From NCBI GenBank assembly GCA_002742935.1, contig PDON01000060.1, positions 70,178 through 134,177 on the forward strand: DNA of 64,000 nucleotides, given 5' to 3'. Below the pieces are notes generated by a model, which saw nothing but the letters and a program-made list of their open reading frames with translations, had not been told where the DNA came from and ran no database searches. Position numbers and translations under genes: made by a program. How positions within the stretch are numbered: position 1 is the stretch's first letter; every line of letters starts with the position of its first letter. Of this stretch, positions 59,723 through 64,000 are shown piece after piece. The DNA is from Candidatus Cloacimonadota bacterium. Lineage in GTDB: Bacteria > UBA4055.

Positions 59723-61168
59723 CTAAATATCCGCAACACTAAAACCCATTTTAAGCAAACTATTTGACTTAACTATCTCCAAAAGTTTTTCATTATCTAT
59801 ATAGTTAAAATGTTTATTGGCATCTATAATGGAAGAGTTGTTTCTCTTCATATAAAATGAAAGTTCACTACTCTTTTTATACCCTATGTAAGGAACCAAA
59901 GCAGTAGCTATACCGGTTTTGTATAAAATATCCTCATTTCTACTCTCAATTGTTAAGCCCATAAAAATATTACTCTTTATTGTTGAAACAGAAGATATCA
60001 TTAGATCAAGAGAGTTGAGTAAGGCATCCCCTATGATTGGAATATAGGGATTTAGTTCCAAGCACCCCTTAGCGGCAAGTTCTGAAATCATTGAATCGTT
60101 GGCAAAAACTTTAGCAGAACAACTTACAACATATTCAGGTATTACAGGGTTAACCTTACCCGGCATAATTGAGCTTCCGGTTTGTTTTTCAGGTATGGAA
60201 AGAGAGCTCTTTACAAGATCACTGCTTAAAAGTCTCAAATCAGAAACCATCTTTTCCAAATTCACCGAAAGTGATTTAAGTATAGCATGAACCTCGACAA
60301 AGGTATCTAAGTTGGATGTAGTATCACTCATATTTTCAGATCTTGAAAGAGGAAGATTCAGCTCGCTTTTAAGATTGTTGATAACCTCTAAAATAACAAA
60401 TCTTGGAATGGCTAATCCCGTACCTATGGCTCCACCTCCCAAATTTAGAACCTTAATTCTTTCAAAACATTTTGAAACCCTCCACCAATCTCTTGAAAGG
60501 GCGTTGTTATAGGAAGAAAAGAGCTTTCCGTAAGATGTGGGAACAGCCTCCTGCATTTGGGTATGACCCATTCTCATTATATCCCTATACCTATTTTCAA
60601 GCTTTTCACCCTCAAATCTAAGATCGTTTATTCCACTCTCCAAAATTGAAAGTTTTCTCATTATAGCAATCTTTAATGCAGAGGGGATAACATCATTTGT
60701 CGATTGGAAAATATTTGCGTCATTTACGGGGTCAATCTTTTCATAATCACCATAATTAAACCCCAGAATCTCTAAAGATCTATTGGCAATAATCTCATTA
60801 ACATTCATATTTATACTTGTACCGGCTCCACCGGAGATAGCAGGAACTATGAAATCATCAAAATATTTACCTAAGCTTATCTCTTCACTAGCCTGAATCA
60901 TAGAGTTTAAACAACTATTGGACGGTATGGATATTTTAAGGTCTAAGTTGGGATATTTTTTATCAATGGCACTCTTAAACTTTAGAACGGTTCTGTAGAA
61001 ACTTCTCTTCACATCACCAATTGCCCTGTACCAAGATATTGAAAATAGATGATTATTGGGGAAATTACTCTTTGCTCTAAGGGAGTGGATACCATATTTT
61101 CTATCCCTTTCTACCTCTAGCTCTCCTAAAAAATCTTTCTCAACCCTAAACTTCTCCATTATCATCAC
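59723..61168 (-). CDS. aspartate ammonia-lyase / class II fumarase family lyase
   Basis: GSSIMPGKVNPVIPE signature (GSxxMxxKxN) and N-terminal EKDFLGELEV...YGIHSLRAKSNF. Confidence 0.7.
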   Translation of the reverse strand: MMIMEKFRVEKDFLGELEVERDRKYGIHSLRAKSNFPNNHLFSISWYRAIGDVKRSFYRTVLKFKSAIDKKYPNLDLKISIPSNSCLNSMIQASEEISLGKYFDDFIVPAISGGAGTSINMNVNEIIANRSLEILGFNYGDYEKIDPVNDANIFQSTNDVIPSALKIAIMRKLSILESGINDLRFEGEKLENRYRDIMRMGHTQMQEAVPTSYGKLFSSYNNALSRDWWRVSKCFERIKVLNLGGGAIGTGLAIPRFVILEVINNLKSELNLPLSRSENMSDTTSNLDTFVEVHAILKSLSVNLEKMVSDLRLLSSDLVKSSLSIPEKQTGSSIMPGKVNPVIPEYVVSCSAKVFANDSMISELAAKGCLELNPYIPIIGDALLNSLDLMISSVSTIKSNIFMGLTIESRNEDILYKTGIATALVPYIGYKKSSELSFYMKRNNSSIIDANKHFNYIDNEKLLEIVKSNSLLKMGFSVADI

Positions 61169-62549
61169 CTAAAATTAGTTCAACTTTTTCACTCTCTAAG
61201 CTCTCAACAGATCTTAGCTTCCTGTTTATCTGATTAACCCTTGTCGATCTCAAACTATCCAATGTTTTTTCAGCACTATTGAGCTGTCTGTAAGCTTTAT
61301 CCAAAATATCCGTAAACTTGAGAAACTCTGATTTAACTGCTGAAAGCAACTCCCATACCTCGCTCGATCTCTTCTGTACTGCAACAGTTTTAAAACCCAT
61401 TCTTAGACTATTTAAGAAAGCAGTTAGGGTTGTGGGCCCTGTAATAGATATTTTAAACCTTTTTTGAAGGTCCTCAACAACTCCCGGTATTGATAAAACC
61501 TCTCCGTATAAACTCTCTACAGGAAGAAACATTATAGCAAAATCTGTAGAGTGTGGAGGGTGGATATATTTAGAGCTTATATCTTTTGCCGAATTGTAGA
61601 TAGAACTGATAAGCTCCTTATACCTCGACTCAATCTCCTCCTTATCTCCAACCTCTCTGGCTTCTAAAAGGAGATTATACTTATCTAAAGGGAATTTTGA
61701 ATCTATTGGTAATAGAACACTCTTTTCATCATGACCGGGCATTACAATAGCAAACTCAACACTATTTCCGGAGAGGGGATCAATCTTACAATTGGATATA
61801 TATTGATCGGGAGAAAAGATCTGTTCTAAGATAGCTCCCAATTGCAACTCCCCCAAAATACCTCTTGTTTTAACACCGGATAAAACCTTTTTAAGATCTC
61901 CTACCCCTCTGGCAAGGGTTTGCATCTCCCCCAGCCCCTTATGAACCTGTTCCAATCTACTACTAACTATATTAAAAGATTCTCCAAGTCTCTTCTCAAG
62001 AGTAGCATGGAGTTTATCATCTACTATGGATCTAATTTCATTAAGTTTTTCACTATTTCCTTTAGCAAGAGTTGAAAGCTGTTTTTCAACTGTTTCCAAA
62101 ATATCTTTTTGATACTTTTCCGTTGACTCGTTCAGTAGCTTATATCTCTCCACTAAATCAAAAAAATTTACCTTTATAGCTTCCACAATTTTATTGTTTT
62201 GATTCTCACTTTTAAGAAAAAAGGATTCCGAAAAAAGATTAATATATTTGGAGATTTCACTACTTAATTTACCAATGGTTTCGGAAAAAGATCCCATTTG
62301 ATTATCTATTTTTAAGTTGATACCTTTGTCTATTTCAGAGATTTTATTGTTAAGATAGAGCTTGGTATCATAAATATTTTCATTTAATTTTAAACTCTCC
62401 TCTAATAATCTCTTCATCCTATTCTCAATATCCTTTTCTAACTCTTTACTCTCTTTCCCTCTTCTAATAACCACAAAAACAAGAACAATGAGAACCAAAA
62501 AGATTAAAAGATTGAATGTTAATAACACTATTTCCATACTACTTTGCAA
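61146..62549 (-). CDS. rmuC: DNA recombination protein RmuC-like (N-terminal TM, long coiled coil, C-terminal RmuC-like domain)
   Basis: 467 aa with the N-TM plus coiled-coil plus conserved C-terminal arrangement; family-level call from architecture. Confidence 0.5.
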   Translation of the reverse strand: MQSSMEIVLLTFNLLIFLVLIVLVFVVIRRGKESKELEKDIENRMKRLLEESLKLNENIYDTKLYLNNKISEIDKGINLKIDNQMGSFSETIGKLSSEISKYINLFSESFFLKSENQNNKIVEAIKVNFFDLVERYKLLNESTEKYQKDILETVEKQLSTLAKGNSEKLNEIRSIVDDKLHATLEKRLGESFNIVSSRLEQVHKGLGEMQTLARGVGDLKKVLSGVKTRGILGELQLGAILEQIFSPDQYISNCKIDPLSGNSVEFAIVMPGHDEKSVLLPIDSKFPLDKYNLLLEAREVGDKEEIESRYKELISSIYNSAKDISSKYIHPPHSTDFAIMFLPVESLYGEVLSIPGVVEDLQKRFKISITGPTTLTAFLNSLRMGFKTVAVQKRSSEVWELLSAVKSEFLKFTDILDKAYRQLNSAEKTLDSLRSTRVNQINRKLRSVESLESEKVELILGDDNGEV

Positions 62550-63081
62550 TATCCAAAATCTCCTCTATACTATCCATAAAATAATCATATCCGTTATAAT
62601 CTTCTCTACTTATCTTACCGTAACCTGTTCCCACTAAAACAGTGGTTAGCTTAGAGCTTTTACCCGCCTCAATATCTGAAACCTTATCACCAACAAAAAA
62701 TGATCCCTCTCTCTCTATTCCATACTTTTTTATCATATCCTCAATAAGTTTATTTTTAGGTTTTCTACAATCACAAACCAAAGAGTACTCTTTAATTTTA
62801 CCTTTGGGATGGTGAGGACAGTATAAGATCTCTTCAAACTCAAAGCCATGATTTTTTACTTCAGTTTTTATAAATGAATTAAGTTTTAAAAGATCCTTTT
62901 CTTTAAAGTAACCTCTAGCAATGCCACTCTGATTGGAGATTATAAAAAGTTTATAACCTCTCACAAACAACTCCTCTAAAGTTGATAAAACCCCCTTTTC
63001 AAATTGAAAATCCTCTATCTTATAGAGATAATCTTTCTCCTTATTTATAGTGCCGTCTCTATCCAAAAATATAGCTTTCAT
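62539..63081 (-). CDS. gmhB: HAD-IIIA phosphatase, D-glycero-D-manno-heptose-1,7-bisphosphate 7-phosphatase-like
   Basis: FLDRDGTIN motif I, ISNQSG motif II, CxHHP...CxCRKP zinc site, GDKVSD motif IV. Confidence 0.75.
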   Translation of the reverse strand: MKAIFLDRDGTINKEKDYLYKIEDFQFEKGVLSTLEELFVRGYKLFIISNQSGIARGYFKEKDLLKLNSFIKTEVKNHGFEFEEILYCPHHPKGKIKEYSLVCDCRKPKNKLIEDMIKKYGIEREGSFFVGDKVSDIEAGKSSKLTTVLVGTGYGKISREDYNGYDYFMDSIEEILDIAK

Positions 63082-63394
63082 TACTTACCCCCTTTTAAAT
63101 CCAGATTTCTATTTTGAGGAAAAATATTTAAAATATCAGCAAGCATTATAATAAGTTTTTTGTAGAACATAAAACAAATTTAGCTAAAAGATTTCAACTA
63201 AAAATATTACCCAAAAATATAGATTTTACCAACAATTTTAAACAATAATTACATATCAATTTCAATTTAACAAGAAAAAGAGAGAAAATTGATAATTTTA
63301 TTTTGTTTATTGATCTTTCCTTTGTAATTTATATATAATGTGTATTACAAATAACAAAGTTTTTTGGTCTAATAATCATTAATTGGAGTGAACA

Positions 63395-63973
63395 ATGGGA
63401 AAAGAGAAAAAAGATGAAGAAAAAAAATTTGAAGAGGAAAAAACGTTTGAAACAAAAATTGAGGAGAACGACTCTTTAGAGGAAGAGACTATTAAAGAAG
63501 AGTTTGAAAATTTGGAAGAAGAGCTATCTGATGAGCCTGAAAAGAAAGAATCTGAAGATATTCAAGAGGAGATAGTAGTAGGAATAAAAGAGGAAACCGA
63601 GGAAGAGAAAAAAATTGAGGAGGAAAAAGAGGATTCCTCAGATTGTGAGTTTGAAGAAAAAGAAAAAAGTTGGTTGGATAAAGTTAAAGAGTTTGAATTA
63701 GATACTAAAATAGGATTGGTATTAGCTATAATCATAGCCTTAGCTGCTCTTATCAATATTCAATGGATTAACTATACTTGGTGGCTAATGATACTATTAA
63801 GCGGTTTTGCTATTAGAAACCTTTACAAACAAAAAGTTGAACTTGAAGAAGAGAAGCCTTTTGAAGCGAGAGTATCAAATATAGCTTTTCTTGCTTTAAT
63901 AGTTATTTTAATTATAAGAGACCTTATGATTACTTCAAGAATCTCTGAATTTATGGATATATTTAAAAGCTAA
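63395..63973 (+). CDS. Glu/Lys-rich acidic protein with two C-terminal TM helices
   Basis: 192-aa ORF, low-complexity acidic N-terminal 100 aa; hypothetical. Confidence 0.35.
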   Translation: MGKEKKDEEKKFEEEKTFETKIEENDSLEEETIKEEFENLEEELSDEPEKKESEDIQEEIVVGIKEETEEEKKIEEEKEDSSDCEFEEKEKSWLDKVKEFELDTKIGLVLAIIIALAALINIQWINYTWWLMILLSGFAIRNLYKQKVELEEEKPFEARVSNIAFLALIVILIIRDLMITSRISEFMDIFKS

Positions 63974-64000
63974 TATGTTACCTCTTTTGACCTTTCTTAC

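Noticed and set aside
1-64000. CRISPR arrays, tRNA/rRNA genes, integrases/transposases, toxin-antitoxin pairs
   Set aside because: No regularly spaced direct repeats, no tRNA-like conserved T-loop (GGTTCGAAT-type) segments and no recombinase-like ORFs were seen; the only repeats are the MITE-like family and the 59570 hairpin

Overview
The window is low-GC (about 30%) bacterial chromosome of mostly housekeeping and anaerobic-metabolism genes. It encodes several secreted proteins with type-IX-secretion C-terminal sorting domains, which suggests an FCB-superphylum-like anaerobe (inference only). Recognisable blocks: der, two tandem cyclophilins, brnQ, rluD-like, a four-gene 2-oxoacid dehydrogenase operon (E1alpha-E1beta-E2-E3), a complete sufBCDSU operon, two tandem RND permeases with a TolC-like channel, prfB with its programmed +1 frameshift, an ABC-F ATPase, ridA, a fused ADP-forming acyl-CoA synthetase, an aspartase/fumarase-family lyase, rmuC and gmhB. 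Things a plain ORF caller misses: (1) a peroxiredoxin whose catalytic Cys codon is an in-frame TGA, i.e. a probable selenoprotein; (2) a 126-128 bp repeat with terminal inverted repeats (MITE-like), four same-orientation copies each directly downstream of a minus-strand gene, one inside the suf operon abutting the sufS stop; (3) a type IV pilin gene followed by a terminator and then a polytopic GT-C-like protein, a SAM methyltransferase, an ArnC/GtrB-like polyprenyl-phosphate glycosyltransferase, a WecD-like N-acetyltransferase, two ArnE/ArnF-like 4-TM flippase subunits and a DegT/WecE-type sugar aminotransferase, i.e. a candidate three-component (lipid-P-sugar, flippase, GT-C) pathway that would add a 4-acetamido-4,6-dideoxyhexose to the pilin; this cluster is interrupted by two of three paralogous AAA-ATPase/PD-(D/E)XK genes; (4) a 22-bp GC-rich perfect hairpin with a nested AT palindrome in the pilin upstream region. 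All calls rest on reading motifs in the supplied translations and sequence; no database searches were run.
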